Source of the DNA: an uncultured Actinomycetota bacterium
GTDB taxonomy: Bacteria > Actinomycetota > Actinomycetes > JAHEKZ01
DNA length: 64,000 nucleotides
Assembly (NCBI GenBank): GCA_963829525.1
Contig: CAWHIJ010000003.1
Location: forward strand, 2,624,001-2,688,000
Direction of reading: 5' to 3'
Of the stretch, positions 1 to 9,784 are shown piece after piece. Within the stretch, counting starts at the first letter, position 1; every line of letters begins with the position of its first letter. The notes beneath the pieces were generated by a model. It did not search any database. It was not told where the DNA came from and saw nothing but the letters and a program-made list of their open reading frames with translations. Both the position numbers and the translations under genes were made by a program.

Positions 1-215
1 AGGAGGACGCGCACCTGACCAAGCTCGGCGTCCCAGCGCGAGATCGAGACCGATGCCGCACCCAGGGCCTCGCGCGCGGAACCGGCAGCTTGTCTGAGAA
101 GGTCAGCCTCACTCCCCGCCCACGCAGCCCTGGCGATCTCGGCGAGCGCACCAAGACGCGTCGCGACATTCTCGCGACGCGCGGTCTCAAGGCGTGGCTC
201 ATGGCCGACCGTCAT
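1..215 (-). CDS. GAF-domain protein, 5' part only; third paralogue of the adjacent GAF-GGDEF cyclases (runs off the window)
   Basis: Not in the ORF track. Manual translation from ATG 215: MTVGHEPRLETARRENVATRLGALAEIARAAWAGSEADLLRQAAGSAREALGAASVSISRWDAELGQVRVL. This aligns with the neighbours (DGVSVSLSIWEPEHTRLRCVLN; ADAASLGVWDPERQVLRVLLN). SD AAGGAGGGG lies just upstream. Confidence 0.85.
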   Translation of the reverse strand, partial: MTVGHEPRLETARRENVATRLGALAEIARAAWAGSEADLLRQAAGSAREALGAASVSISRWDAELGQVRVL

Positions 216-235
216 CAAACCCCTCCTTCCCAGTT

Positions 236-265
236 CTATCGGCCCCCTTGGCAGCCACCCTTGAG
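236..265 (-). promoter_or_regulatory. Putative sigma28/WhiG-family promoter (site A)
   Basis: Minus strand cTCAA-N17-GCCGATAG; the -10 box begins 28 nt upstream of ATG 215. Confidence 0.6.
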
Positions 266-352
266 AAGGAATCAGGACCGAGTTGATCATTTCGAGGTCC
301 CGCCGGAACAGCGGGAAGGGCAATCTGTCCGCGAGCCCTGGCGCGAGGTGGG

Positions 353-1993
353 CTAGGGACGGCTCAGCGCGGCAGCGACGAGCACGCGCAGCAGCGTGAC
401 CAGGTCACGCTCTGGACCACTCAAGGTGTCTGTGTAGACCTCGACGAGCCAACGGTCGCCTCTGTCGTCCTGCCCGCCAGCCCCCACCACAGCGACAGCC
501 ACGAGATCATCGAGGATCGCCAGCTCAGCAGCGTCCGCCCCCGGATCGTCGGCGCGCACCGTGAATGCACCGCCACGGAGTGCCTGCTGGGTCGAGGGGT
601 ATTCAGAGATCAGGAAGCGCGAGCCAACCTCGTCGGCAAGTTCTTCTTGAGTGAGGCCTGGAAGCGCACGGTATATGGCGTACTCCACCGTGACGACTTC
701 GTGCTCACCGGCCAGCATGTGCGAGAGCCACCAACCGACGGCGTCCAGGTGATGACTCACCAGGTCGGCGACCAGTCCGAGCCGCACTCGGGCCGGTTGT
801 TCGGCCGCGTCGTCCAAGGCCCGCAGTGCGGCATCCAGAAGCTGGAGCGGCTCAGGGTGCTGAGCTCCCCGGCGTAGACGTCGTTCCTGAGACGAGACGG
901 AGGCCTCAGCCGCCAAGGACGTTGAAGCCTCGACGGGAAGCGGCCTTCCGGCGACGACCGGGCGACGTGACCCAGTGCGTTTGGCCCGGTACTGGGCGGC
1001 GTCCGCCAGCCGGAATAGTCGTTTGTCATGGTCGACCGTCCCAGCTGCGTCGCCGGTGCTCGCCACCCCCACCGCCGCGCCGTGAGGCAACTCACGCCAG
1101 ACCCGGGAGCACACTTCCTCGGCGAAGACGACCAGCTCGTCCGGTGCGCGGCCAGCCACGACAACTGCGAACTCATCGCCGCCGAGCCGAGCCACGACAG
1201 CTTCGGGGAGCAGCTGGAGCGCAACTTCGAAGAGTATCGAGGCCATGTCCCGCAGCACTCGATCGCCGGCCTCGTGGCCGTGATGGTCGTTGACGTCTTT
1301 CAAGCCGTTGATGTCGCACACGATGAGCCCGACTGCGGTGCCTTGTGAACGGTAGCCCTGCATCGCAGCCTGGAACCACTCATCGATCGCCAGGCGGTTT
1401 GCCAGGCCGGTCAGCGTGTCGGTATGCGCGAGCGTCTCAGCCCTGCCTAAGTGCTCAGAGGTCGCGATCGCCGCACCCACCTGCGCGGCAACAGCTACCG
1501 CGAAGTCAACGTCATCGGGCCCGTACGGAGGCTGGTCGACCGAGCGCGTCACGAAGAGTTCGCCCCACACGCGTCCGTCGAGCGGAATCGGCGCGACGAC
1601 GGCGCTGCCTTTGCCGAGCCGACGCACGAGATCGCCATATGACCCGGTCTCCTCGCTGCCGGCGGTGAAGGCCTGCTGCTGTTCCAGCAACGGGATGACG
1701 GGGGCGTAGTCCGACACGACGTAGAACTCACCTTCGGGGTCGAGCACCTCTCCTGGCCCAAGGTCGCCGTCGTTGAGGACACAGCGCAGCCGGGTGTGCT
1801 CGGGCTCCCAGATGCTCAACGAGACCGAAACCCCGTCCAGCGCGGCCATGGCGGCCAGCGAGATCCGGCGAAGGAGATCCTCACCTGCGGTGGTGGTCGC
1901 CACCCTTGCGACATCAGCGAGGCCCCTGAAGCGTGTGCCGACGACCGACGGCGCGGGTGGCGCGTCAGATCCCCGAATCACACTGGTCTCGAT
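353..1993 (-). CDS. GAF-GGDEF diguanylate cyclase with an extra C-terminal GAF-like domain (CdgE-like)
   Basis: GAF (APIPLDGRVWGELFV), TDTLTGLANR, DINGLKDVND..GHEAGD, ARLGGDEF. Start uncertain: ATC 1993 sits 7 nt after SD GGAGGAGG; alternative GTG 1981. Confidence 0.9.
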   Translation of the reverse strand: METSVIRGSDAPPAPSVVGTRFRGLADVARVATTTAGEDLLRRISLAAMAALDGVSVSLSIWEPEHTRLRCVLNDGDLGPGEVLDPEGEFYVVSDYAPVIPLLEQQQAFTAGSEETGSYGDLVRRLGKGSAVVAPIPLDGRVWGELFVTRSVDQPPYGPDDVDFAVAVAAQVGAAIATSEHLGRAETLAHTDTLTGLANRLAIDEWFQAAMQGYRSQGTAVGLIVCDINGLKDVNDHHGHEAGDRVLRDMASILFEVALQLLPEAVVARLGGDEFAVVVAGRAPDELVVFAEEVCSRVWRELPHGAAVGVASTGDAAGTVDHDKRLFRLADAAQYRAKRTGSRRPVVAGRPLPVEASTSLAAEASVSSQERRLRRGAQHPEPLQLLDAALRALDDAAEQPARVRLGLVADLVSHHLDAVGWWLSHMLAGEHEVVTVEYAIYRALPGLTQEELADEVGSRFLISEYPSTQQALRGGAFTVRADDPGADAAELAILDDLVAVAVVGAGGQDDRGDRWLVEVYTDTLSGPERDLVTLLRVLVAAALSRP

Positions 1994-2014
1994 GGTGTTC
2001 CCTCCTCCACACAC

Positions 2015-2041
2015 ATCGGGGGACGAGAGACCGACCTTGAG
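2015..2041 (-). promoter_or_regulatory. Putative sigma28/WhiG-family promoter (site B)
   Basis: Minus strand cTCAA-N16-CCCGATGT, followed immediately by the SD. Confidence 0.6.
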
Positions 2042-2095
2042 CGTCCCGATACCGATCAACGATGGGTCATGACCGACGAGTCACGGGACGGCGAG

Positions 2096-3760
2096 TCACG
2101 AGGCGACGAGGGGGTGCAGGGCAGCCAGCACCAGCAGCCGCATCACCCCGGCCATCTCTTGGCCCTGAGTGCTCAGGTCATCGAGAAAGACCTCAACCAG
2201 CCAGCCGTCACCGTGCTCATCTGTCCCGCCTGCCGCGACGACGGCCGTCGCCTTGAGCCCGTCCAGAATGGCAACCTCTGCCGGGTCAGCCGTGGAGTCA
2301 TTGGCAGCCACGGCGTAAGAACCACCGCCGAGGGCGAACCGAGTCTGCGGGTAAGAGTCCACTTCGAAAGATCCGCTCAGCTCATCGCGCAGCTCGTCCG
2401 CTGCTATCTCCGATGGGCGTCGGTACAGGGAGAAGTCGACCGTGCGCACCGTGCCCGATGTGCTGCCCTTGAGCGATAGCCACCAGCCGACCCCATCGAC
2501 GTGATGGGTGACGAGGTCGGCGACGAGTCCCAGCCGGAACCTTGTGGTTTCGTCAGGCGCCTGATCGAGCGCACGCAGCACGGCATCGGTCAGGTGCCCA
2601 AGGGTCGACTCGTCACGGCCACGGAACATTCGGCGGTCGGGAGCCGCACTCTCGTCGGTATCGCTCAGTGAAACCGATTGGTCCGCCGGAAGCGGCCGAC
2701 CAGCGACGACCGGTACCCGTGATCTGATCCGCTTGGCCCGGTACTGGGCGGCGTCGGCCAGACGCAGCAGCCTGGCGGGGAGCTCGATCGCGCCAACGGC
2801 GTCTGTGGCCACCACCACTCCACAGGCAAGCCCGTGAGGGAGCAGCTCCCACCCCTGCCGGCACGCCTCTTCAGCACCGTCGATCAGCTGGGCGGTGTCG
2901 GGGCCGCTCACCGCGACGCAGAACTCGTCACCGCCCAGGCGAGCCACCAGCGAGTCGTCGAAGGGATGAGCAACTTCTGTCAAGATCTGTGCCAGCTGAC
3001 GAAGCACCCGATCGCCGGCATCGTGCCCCTGGTCGTCATTGATCCGTTTGAGCCCATTGAGGTCAACCACCGCAAGTCCAAGTGGCACCTGGCGGTCGCG
3101 CCACTTCACGATGGCCTGATCAAGCCACTGATCCAGAGCTCGCCGGTTTGCCAACCCTGTCATCGAGTCGGTCTGCGCCAGAGCCTCGACTCGGTTTGCG
3201 TGGTCGACACTCTCCATTGCGGCACTCACCTGGGCAGCAACAGCTGACACCCAGTCGAGATCGGACATCGTGAAGGACTCTCGCGAGTGATCACGCGAGA
3301 CGAAGAGCTCACCCCACCACTGACCGCCGTACAGCAGCGGCACACTGACGCAGCTCTTCTTCCGTAGCAGCTCGAGGTACTCCCGGTCGTCGGTGGCGAT
3401 GGTTGGGTCCTCCAAGCTGAGGACCGCACCCAGCAGGCCCTCAGCCATGCCGGCGAGCCAGGTGCTCTGGTCAGCCTCGTAAACCTCGTCCTCCGGCTCT
3501 TCTTCTTCCCACTCGACGAGATCACCGACGTTGAGGAGGACGCGTAGCACCTGACGCTCTGGATCCCAGACCCCCAAGGAAGCCGCATCGGCCTCACAGG
3601 CGCGGCAGGCCGCCAGCATGATCTGCTTGGTCGCCAGAGCCTTCGGGAGCCCCACCCCAGCACGGCCCACATCACTCAGAGCGCGCAGACGTGCCTCACT
3701 GCGCTCGCGCGCGCGAAGCGTCGCGGCGAGCGTTGATTCCCCACCCTCAGGTTCCGCCAT
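2096..3760 (-). CDS. GAF-GGDEF diguanylate cyclase with an extra C-terminal GAF-like domain (paralogue)
   Basis: VPLLYGGQWWGELFV, TDSMTGLANR, DLNGLKRIND..GHDAGD, ARLGGDEF; ATG 3760 with SD GGGGGAG. Confidence 0.9.
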   Translation of the reverse strand: MAEPEGGESTLAATLRARERSEARLRALSDVGRAGVGLPKALATKQIMLAACRACEADAASLGVWDPERQVLRVLLNVGDLVEWEEEEPEDEVYEADQSTWLAGMAEGLLGAVLSLEDPTIATDDREYLELLRKKSCVSVPLLYGGQWWGELFVSRDHSRESFTMSDLDWVSAVAAQVSAAMESVDHANRVEALAQTDSMTGLANRRALDQWLDQAIVKWRDRQVPLGLAVVDLNGLKRINDDQGHDAGDRVLRQLAQILTEVAHPFDDSLVARLGGDEFCVAVSGPDTAQLIDGAEEACRQGWELLPHGLACGVVVATDAVGAIELPARLLRLADAAQYRAKRIRSRVPVVAGRPLPADQSVSLSDTDESAAPDRRMFRGRDESTLGHLTDAVLRALDQAPDETTRFRLGLVADLVTHHVDGVGWWLSLKGSTSGTVRTVDFSLYRRPSEIAADELRDELSGSFEVDSYPQTRFALGGGSYAVAANDSTADPAEVAILDGLKATAVVAAGGTDEHGDGWLVEVFLDDLSTQGQEMAGVMRLLVLAALHPLVAS

Positions 3761-3782
3761 CGGCCCATTCTCCCCCTTGATC

Positions 3783-3808
3783 TTCGGCGCAGCGAGCCTT
3801 CTGCTGAA
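3783..3808 (-). promoter_or_regulatory. Putative sigma28/WhiG-family promoter (site C)
   Basis: Minus strand tTCAG-N15-GCCGAAGA; the -10 box begins 28 nt upstream of ATG 3760. Confidence 0.5.
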
Positions 3809-3897
3809 CCGTGTCTCGACCGGGTAACCCCCTTGAGGCCCCCCGTCGCTACGCTGACCGCCACCTGTAGAACTCATCTCGCGAGCTCGGAGTGGGC

Positions 3898-5526
3898 ATG
3901 GCTGCAAATCCCAGTGACTCTCCGTCCGGCCAGCCGGCTGCGACAACCGGCGTTGACCTGCACACGACAGCCGGCAAGCTCGCCCAGCTGCGCCACAAGC
4001 TCGATGAGGCCGTTCACGCCGGCTCAGCACGTGCGGTTGAAGCCCAGCACAAGCGCGGGAAACTCACTGCCAGGGAACGGGTGGAGACCTTCCTGGACCC
4101 AGGCTCATTTGTCGAGTTCGACGAGCTCGCCCGTCACCGGTCGCACAACTTCGGGATGCAGGAGAAACGTCCCTACGGTGACGGGGTCGTGACCGGTTCG
4201 GGCACCGTGGACGGACGACAGGTTTTTGTCTTCGCCCAGGACTTCACCGTGTTCGGAGGATCGCTCGGTGAGGTCTTCGGCGAGAAGATCGTCAAGGTCA
4301 TGGACATGGCGCTCAAGACAGGAGCTCCCGTCGTCGGGATGAACGACTCAGGTGGTGCTCGCATCCAGGAGGGTGTGACCTCGCTGGCCATGTACGGCGA
4401 GATCTTCTACCGCAACGTGCAGGCGTCCGGGGTGATCCCTCAGATCTCGCTGGTCATGGGCCCATGCGCCGGAGGCGCGGTCTACTCACCTGCCATCACC
4501 GACTTCATCATCATGGTCGACAAGACGTCGCACATGTTCATCACCGGACCTGAGGTCATCAAGACCGTGACCGGAGAGGACGTGGAGTTCGAAGAGCTCG
4601 GTGGCGCCAAGTCACACCAGGCCAAGAGCGGTGTCGCCCACTTCATGGCGGCCAGCGAGCAAGAGGCGCTCGAGCTCACCCAGCAGCTCCTCTCGTTCTT
4701 ACCCAGCAACAACCTCGATGAGCCCCCCGCCTTTGCCGTCGACGTCGTCGATGACGTCACCGACGATGACCTGGCCCTTGACACGTTGATCCCCGACTCG
4801 GCCAATCACCCCTATGACATGCACAAGGTCATCGAGACGATTGTCGACGACGGTGACTTCCTCGAGGTGCAGCCACTCTTCGCGCCGAACATGCTGATCG
4901 GATTCGGCCGCGTCGAGGGTCGGTCGCTCGGCGTCGTGGCCAACCAGCCGATGCAGTTCGCGGGAACCCTGGATATCGACGCATCCGAGAAGGCCGCCCG
5001 GTTCGTCCGCACCTGCGATGCGTTCAACATCCCGGTGCTGACGCTGGTTGATGTCCCGGGCTTCTTGCCCGGAACCGACCAGGAGTGGGGCGGCATCATC
5101 AGACGCGGTGCCAAGCTGATCTACGCCTACGCCGAGGCCACAGTTCCGTTGGTCACGGTGATCACCCGCAAGGCCTACGGCGGGGCGTACGACGTCATGG
5201 GGTCCAAGCACCTCGGCGCCGACATCAACCTGGCCTGGCCGACCGGTCAGATCGCCGTCATGGGTGCACAGGGAGCGGTCAACATCTTGCACCGCAAGGA
5301 GATCTCGGCGGCCACCGAGCGCGGAGAACTGGACGCGACCCGCGCCGACCTGATCGAGAGCTATGAGGACACCCTGCTCAATCCCTACCTGGCAGCCGAG
5401 CGTGGCTACATCGACGCCGTCATCGAACCCTCTGCGACTCGGGTCCAGGTGATGCGTGCCCTCCGAATGCTGCGCACCAAGCGAGCCAACCGGCCGCCGA
5501 AGAAGCACGGGAACATCCCACTGTGA
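3898..5526 (+). CDS. pccB: Acyl-CoA (propionyl-CoA) carboxylase carboxyltransferase beta subunit
   Basis: [27 protein letters not shown]-terminal KKHGNIPL. Confidence 0.95.
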   Translation: MAANPSDSPSGQPAATTGVDLHTTAGKLAQLRHKLDEAVHAGSARAVEAQHKRGKLTARERVETFLDPGSFVEFDELARHRSHNFGMQEKRPYGDGVVTGSGTVDGRQVFVFAQDFTVFGGSLGEVFGEKIVKVMDMALKTGAPVVGMNDSGGARIQEGVTSLAMYGEIFYRNVQASGVIPQISLVMGPCAGGAVYSPAITDFIIMVDKTSHMFITGPEVIKTVTGEDVEFEELGGAKSHQAKSGVAHFMAASEQEALELTQQLLSFLPSNNLDEPPAFAVDVVDDVTDDDLALDTLIPDSANHPYDMHKVIETIVDDGDFLEVQPLFAPNMLIGFGRVEGRSLGVVANQPMQFAGTLDIDASEKAARFVRTCDAFNIPVLTLVDVPGFLPGTDQEWGGIIRRGAKLIYAYAEATVPLVTVITRKAYGGAYDVMGSKHLGADINLAWPTGQIAVMGAQGAVNILHRKEISAATERGELDATRADLIESYEDTLLNPYLAAERGYIDAVIEPSATRVQVMRALRMLRTKRANRPPKKHGNIPL

Positions 5527-5765
5527 GCGGGTCAGAGGGGCAGCCGGACAACATCGCCAGGCGTCCTCGGCTGCGAGTCGTGTCTGGAGACCCGACGCCA
5601 GACGAGCTCGCTGCCCTGCTGATCGTTCTTGCCGCCCGCACCCCCGGTGACGACGCCCGCTCCGCGGCTCCCAAGCGGTCCCTTTGGGCCGCGCGCTCTC
5701 GACAGGTGCGACCATCGTTGGGAGCCGGGCCAAGCGCCTGGCGGGCATCGACGCTACCCAGATGA
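5523..5765 (+). CDS. pccE: Acyl-CoA carboxylase epsilon subunit
   Basis: [16 protein letters not shown]...W...GPSAWRAS pattern; GTGA overlap with the pccB stop. Confidence 0.85.
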   Translation: MSGSEGQPDNIARRPRLRVVSGDPTPDELAALLIVLAARTPGDDARSAAPKRSLWAARSRQVRPSLGAGPSAWRASTLPR

Positions 5766-6451
5766 GGTTCGTGCTCGCCTCGGCATCGCCGGCCAGGCTG
5801 GGGCTCCTGCAGGCTGCTGGCGTCGAGCCGGAGGTCGTCGTGAGTGGCGTGGACGAGGACGCCGCCCTCGGACCTCCGGGTGAGCTCGCCCTCGTTCTGG
5901 CCGAGCACAAGGCTCGCGCCGTCGCCGACCGGCTCGCGCTCGAGGTCCACGACGCCAATTCCGGTCCGACACTGGTGCTCGGCTGCGACTCCGTCCTGGA
6001 GCGAGCTGGCGTCGCCTACGGGAAGCCGGTTGACGCGTCGGACGCCGCCGCACGTTGGCGGGAAATGCGTGGTCAGGAGGGCGTGCTGCACACCGGGCAC
6101 TGCCTGATAGCGCTCGGCCACGGGAGTTCGGGCCACGGGAGTTCGGGCCACGGGAGTTCGGGCCACAGCGGTTCAGAACACGGGGGCGCTGACCACCGCA
6201 GCATCAGCGCCTTGGCATCGGCGACAGTCCGCTTCGGTTCCCCGAGTGACGCCGAGATCGAGGCCTACGTGGCCACCGGGGAACCGCTCCGCGTCGCCGG
6301 TGGATTCACCCTCGACCGGCTCGGCGGCTGGTTCGTGGACGGAATCGACGGCGACCCTGGCACCGTCCTCGGCCTCTCCCTGCCGCTGCTCCGGCGGCTG
6401 CTGGCCGATCTAGGTGTCGAGGTCCCTTCACTGTGGGCCCGCTCTCTCTGA
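5762..6451 (+). CDS. maf: Maf-family nucleoside triphosphate pyrophosphatase
   Basis: [30 protein letters not shown]; ATGA overlap with pccE. Confidence 0.92.
   Translation: MRFVLASASPARLGLLQAAGVEPEVVVSGVDEDAALGPPGELALVLAEHKARAVADRLALEVHDANSGPTLVLGCDSVLERAGVAYGKPVDASDAAARWREMRGQEGVLHTGHCLIALGHGSSGHGSSGHGSSGHSGSEHGGADHRSISALASATVRFGSPSDAEIEAYVATGEPLRVAGGFTLDRLGGWFVDGIDGDPGTVLGLSLPLLRRLLADLGVEVPSLWARSL
6116..6175 (+). repeat. In-frame 15-bp tandem repeat (GGCCACGGGAGTTCG x3 plus one degenerate copy) encoding GHGSS repeats inside maf
   Basis: Direct read: perfect units at 6116, 6131, 6146; degenerate unit at 6161. Confidence 0.9.
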
Positions 6452-6578
6452 CGGGTGCGATGTCAACCCCATCCCGGTCAGCGTCAGGCACGCAGCACCC
6501 ATCCATCCACAGGGGACCAGTCCCGGCCCTAGACTGCGCCGGAACCGTCAGTCGTGAGGTTTCCCGCAAGGAGTCGCA

Positions 6579-8339
6579 GTGCGCAAGGTCTTGATCGCCA
6601 ACCGTGGCGAGATCGCTGTTCGGGTCGCACGTGCCTGTCGCGACGCCGGACTCACATCGGTGGCGATCTACGCCGACTCCGACCGCGACGCCCCACACGT
6701 GAGGGCAGCGGACGAGGCGTACGCCCTGGAGGGTGACACGCCAGCGGCGAGCTACCTCGACATGAGCAAGGTGCTTGGTGTCGCAGCGCGCGCGGGCGCT
6801 GACGCCGTACACCCCGGATACGGGTTCCTGTCCGAGAACGCCGACTTCGCCCAAGCAGTCATGGACGCCGGACTTACCTGGATCGGCCCACCGCCTGCCG
6901 CGATCAGGGCGCTGGGCGACAAGGTGCAGGCGCGGCACATCGCACAGGCGGTCGACGCTCCGCAGGTCGCCGGTACGGCCGATCCGGTGAGCGGGGCCGA
7001 CGAAGTCGTTGCTTTCGCCAAGGAGCACGGCCTCCCCATTGCGATCAAGGCCGCTTTCGGCGGCGGCGGCCGAGGGCTCAAGGTCGCCAAGACGCTCGAC
7101 GAGATCCCCGAGCTCTACGACTCCGCTGTTCGCGAGGCCGTCACCGCGTTCGGTCGGGGAGAGTGCTTCGTCGAGCGCTACCTCGACCGACCCAGGCACG
7201 TCGAGACGCAGTGTCTTGCAGACCAGCACGGCAACGTCGTTGTCGTCTCGACCCGCGACTGCTCCCTTCAGCGCCGTCACCAGAAGCTCGTCGAGGAGGC
7301 GCCGGCGCCGTTTCTTTCCCCTGAGCAGAACGCGCAGATCTACCGTGCTTCAAAGGCAATCCTGCTCAAGGCCGGCTATGTGGGAGCCGGCACGTGCGAG
7401 TTCCTCGTTGGGCAGGACGGAACCATCTCCTTCCTCGAGGTGAACACTCGCCTGCAGGTCGAGCACCCGGTCACCGAAGAGGTCACCGGCATCGACCTCG
7501 TCCGCGAGATGTTCCGCATCGCCGATGGCGAGGAACTCGGCTACAACGACCCGGCCATCCGCGGTCACTCCTTCGAGTTCCGGATCAACGGCGAAGATCC
7601 CGGCCGCGGTTTCCTGCCAGCGCCGGGTCCGGTGACGGTTTGGAGACCACCCTCAGGACCTGGCGTCCGGCTCGATGCCGGAGTCGAGCAGGGGTCGGTC
7701 ATCGGGCAGAACTTCGACTCATTGCTCGCCAAACTCGTCGTGACAGGCGCTACCCGCCAGCAGGCGGTCGAGCGCTCGCGACGCGCACTTGCCGAGTTCG
7801 AGGTCGACGGCATGGCCACCGCACTGCCCTTCCACCGTGCCGTCATGCACGACCCGGACTTCGCGCCCGACGAGCCCGAGCAGCCGTTCGCCGTCCACAC
7901 CCGTTGGATCGAGACCGAGTTCGAAAACAAGATCGAGCCATTCACCGGCGGTGGCGATACGCCGGAGTCAGCCGACCGCGAGACGGTGACCGTCGAGGTC
8001 GGTGGCAAGCGGCTCGAGGTGACGCTGCCGGCCGGTCTCGCCCTGGGCAGCAGCGCCCCTGCATCGACCGGCAGAGCGGCACCACGTCGGTCGACCAAGC
8101 GCGGCGCTGGGGCAGCGGCGTCCGGCGCCGACCTAGCCAGCCCGATGCAGGGAACCATCGTCAAGATCGCCGTCGAAGAAGGCCAGCGGGTGGAGGCCGG
8201 CGAACTCGTCGTCGTCCTGGAGGCGATGAAGATGGAGCAGCCGCTCAACGCGCACAAGGCCGGGACAATCACCGGGCTCGCCGCCGAGATCGGGCAGACG
8301 CTCGCCGCCGGCGCGATCATCTGCATGATCGCCGACTAG
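6579..8339 (+). CDS. accA: Acetyl/propionyl-CoA carboxylase alpha subunit (biotin carboxylase + BCCP)
   Basis: [27 protein letters not shown], biotinylation motif EAMKM. Confidence 0.95.
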   Translation: MRKVLIANRGEIAVRVARACRDAGLTSVAIYADSDRDAPHVRAADEAYALEGDTPAASYLDMSKVLGVAARAGADAVHPGYGFLSENADFAQAVMDAGLTWIGPPPAAIRALGDKVQARHIAQAVDAPQVAGTADPVSGADEVVAFAKEHGLPIAIKAAFGGGGRGLKVAKTLDEIPELYDSAVREAVTAFGRGECFVERYLDRPRHVETQCLADQHGNVVVVSTRDCSLQRRHQKLVEEAPAPFLSPEQNAQIYRASKAILLKAGYVGAGTCEFLVGQDGTISFLEVNTRLQVEHPVTEEVTGIDLVREMFRIADGEELGYNDPAIRGHSFEFRINGEDPGRGFLPAPGPVTVWRPPSGPGVRLDAGVEQGSVIGQNFDSLLAKLVVTGATRQQAVERSRRALAEFEVDGMATALPFHRAVMHDPDFAPDEPEQPFAVHTRWIETEFENKIEPFTGGGDTPESADRETVTVEVGGKRLEVTLPAGLALGSSAPASTGRAAPRRSTKRGAGAAASGADLASPMQGTIVKIAVEEGQRVEAGELVVVLEAMKMEQPLNAHKAGTITGLAAEIGQTLAAGAIICMIAD

Positions 8340-8360
8340 CTGGCGGGTCAAGGAGGTTTC

Positions 8361-8969
8361 ATGGGCGTCGACTGGCCGGAACTGACGGTCGACCAGCTCG
8401 ACTGGCACTGGAACTACCAGCTGCGACCGCGTCTCGCTGGCCTGAGCGATCACGAGTACCACTGGGAGCCGGTCCCCGACTGCTGGCGCATCTGTCCAGC
8501 CGAGGCGTCGACATCGGTTCCACTCTGGGGCAGCGGACCGTTCCGCATGGAGCAGGCGGAGGGCGACCCCGATCCGGCGCCGGTCACGACCATCGCCTGG
8601 CGCATCGCCCACATCATCGTCGAGGTCTTCGGCGAACGGGTGCACTCGCATTTTGGCGGGCCAGCAGTGACGCTCGACGACTTCGCATTCGCCGGGACGG
8701 CTGAGGAGGCGCTCGCGCAGCTCGATGCTGCTCATACCGCCTGGTCTGAGGGTTCCCGCGCCCTCGGCGCCGAAGGAATGGCGCGTCCCTGCGGACCCGC
8801 CGAGGGGCCTTTTGCCGCAATGCCGTTGGCCGGTCTGGTGCTGCACATCAACCGCGAAGTCATTCACCACGGTGCCGAGATCGCCCTGCTGCGTGACCTG
8901 TACCTGCACCAGCCAAACCAGCCCTCCCCGACAGGATCGACACCTGGCGTGCGTCCGAAGGGATCCTGA
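8361..8969 (+). CDS. DinB-family protein
   Basis: YHWEP, TTIAWRIAH, REVIHHGAE metal-His motifs; SD AAGGAGG. Confidence 0.8.
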   Translation: MGVDWPELTVDQLDWHWNYQLRPRLAGLSDHEYHWEPVPDCWRICPAEASTSVPLWGSGPFRMEQAEGDPDPAPVTTIAWRIAHIIVEVFGERVHSHFGGPAVTLDDFAFAGTAEEALAQLDAAHTAWSEGSRALGAEGMARPCGPAEGPFAAMPLAGLVLHINREVIHHGAEIALLRDLYLHQPNQPSPTGSTPGVRPKGS

Positions 8970-9346
8970 TGGCCGTCCAGCTCAACCACACCATCGTGTC
9001 GGTCCGCGACAAGCAGAAGTCCGCCAGCTTCGTCAGCGACCTGCTCGGCCTCCGATCCCCGACGACCTACGGGCCATTTCTCGTTGTCGATGTCGACAAC
9101 GGTGTGTCGTTGGACTTCTACGAGGTGCAGGACGCCATCCATCCGCAGCACTACGCGTTTCTGGTGAGCGAGAGCGAGTTCGACGAGATCTTTGGACGCA
9201 TTCGTCAACGCGATCTGCCCTACTGGGCCGATCCCGGGCAGGAGCGACTCGGCGAGATCAACACCAACGATGGAGGACGCGGGCTCTACTGGGAGGAACC
9301 GAGCGGGCATCTGCTTGAGATCATCACCCGACCGTATGGTGGCTGA
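8969..9346 (+). CDS. VOC/glyoxalase family protein
   Basis: LNHTIV, HYAFLV, GRGLYW..PSGHLLEI. Confidence 0.88.
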   Translation: MAVQLNHTIVSVRDKQKSASFVSDLLGLRSPTTYGPFLVVDVDNGVSLDFYEVQDAIHPQHYAFLVSESEFDEIFGRIRQRDLPYWADPGQERLGEINTNDGGRGLYWEEPSGHLLEIITRPYGG

Positions 9347-9784
9347 GTGCGAGTGCGACAGGCTGTGCTGGCCGACCTACCGGAGATGGCAGCCACCGAC
9401 GGGGCCTTGACCCAAGGTTCGCCGCGCTGGGACGAGGTTCAGGACCTCTTGGCCGGGGGTCGGTGCCTGCTCGGTGAGGTGCTGAGTGGCGAGACTCCAT
9501 CGGTGGTTGGCTACGTCGCAGTCGCTCCGCACCACTTCTTCGGACGTGACTTCATCGCGTTGCTCGTTGTCGCAGATGCATGGCGCAGGCGTGGAGTCGG
9601 AAGGCAACTCCTCAACGCTGCAACCCGCCTGGCAACGACAGACGTCGTGTTCACCTCTACCAACGAGTCCAATCAACCCATGCTGGCGCTGCTCAGCCAC
9701 GAGCATTGGTTGGTCAGCGGAACTCTCAACGGCCTGGACGACGGTGACCCTGAGATCGTGTTCTACCGTCGAGCCAGATCATGA
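9347..9784 (+). CDS. GNAT family N-acetyltransferase
   Basis: Acetyl-CoA binding motif RRRGVG; STNESN. Confidence 0.8.
   Translation: MRVRQAVLADLPEMAATDGALTQGSPRWDEVQDLLAGGRCLLGEVLSGETPSVVGYVAVAPHHFFGRDFIALLVVADAWRRRGVGRQLLNAATRLATTDVVFTSTNESNQPMLALLSHEHWLVSGTLNGLDDGDPEIVFYRRARS

Noticed and set aside
2075-2110. Degenerate 15-bp direct repeat (CGAGTCACG twice) at the end of the 2096-3760 gene
   Set aside because: Two imperfect copies only, consistent with local slippage, with no functional indication.
3813-3837. Extra CTCAAG upstream of the first cyclase as another sigma28 promoter
   Set aside because: No GCCGA-like box at a 15-17 nt spacing.
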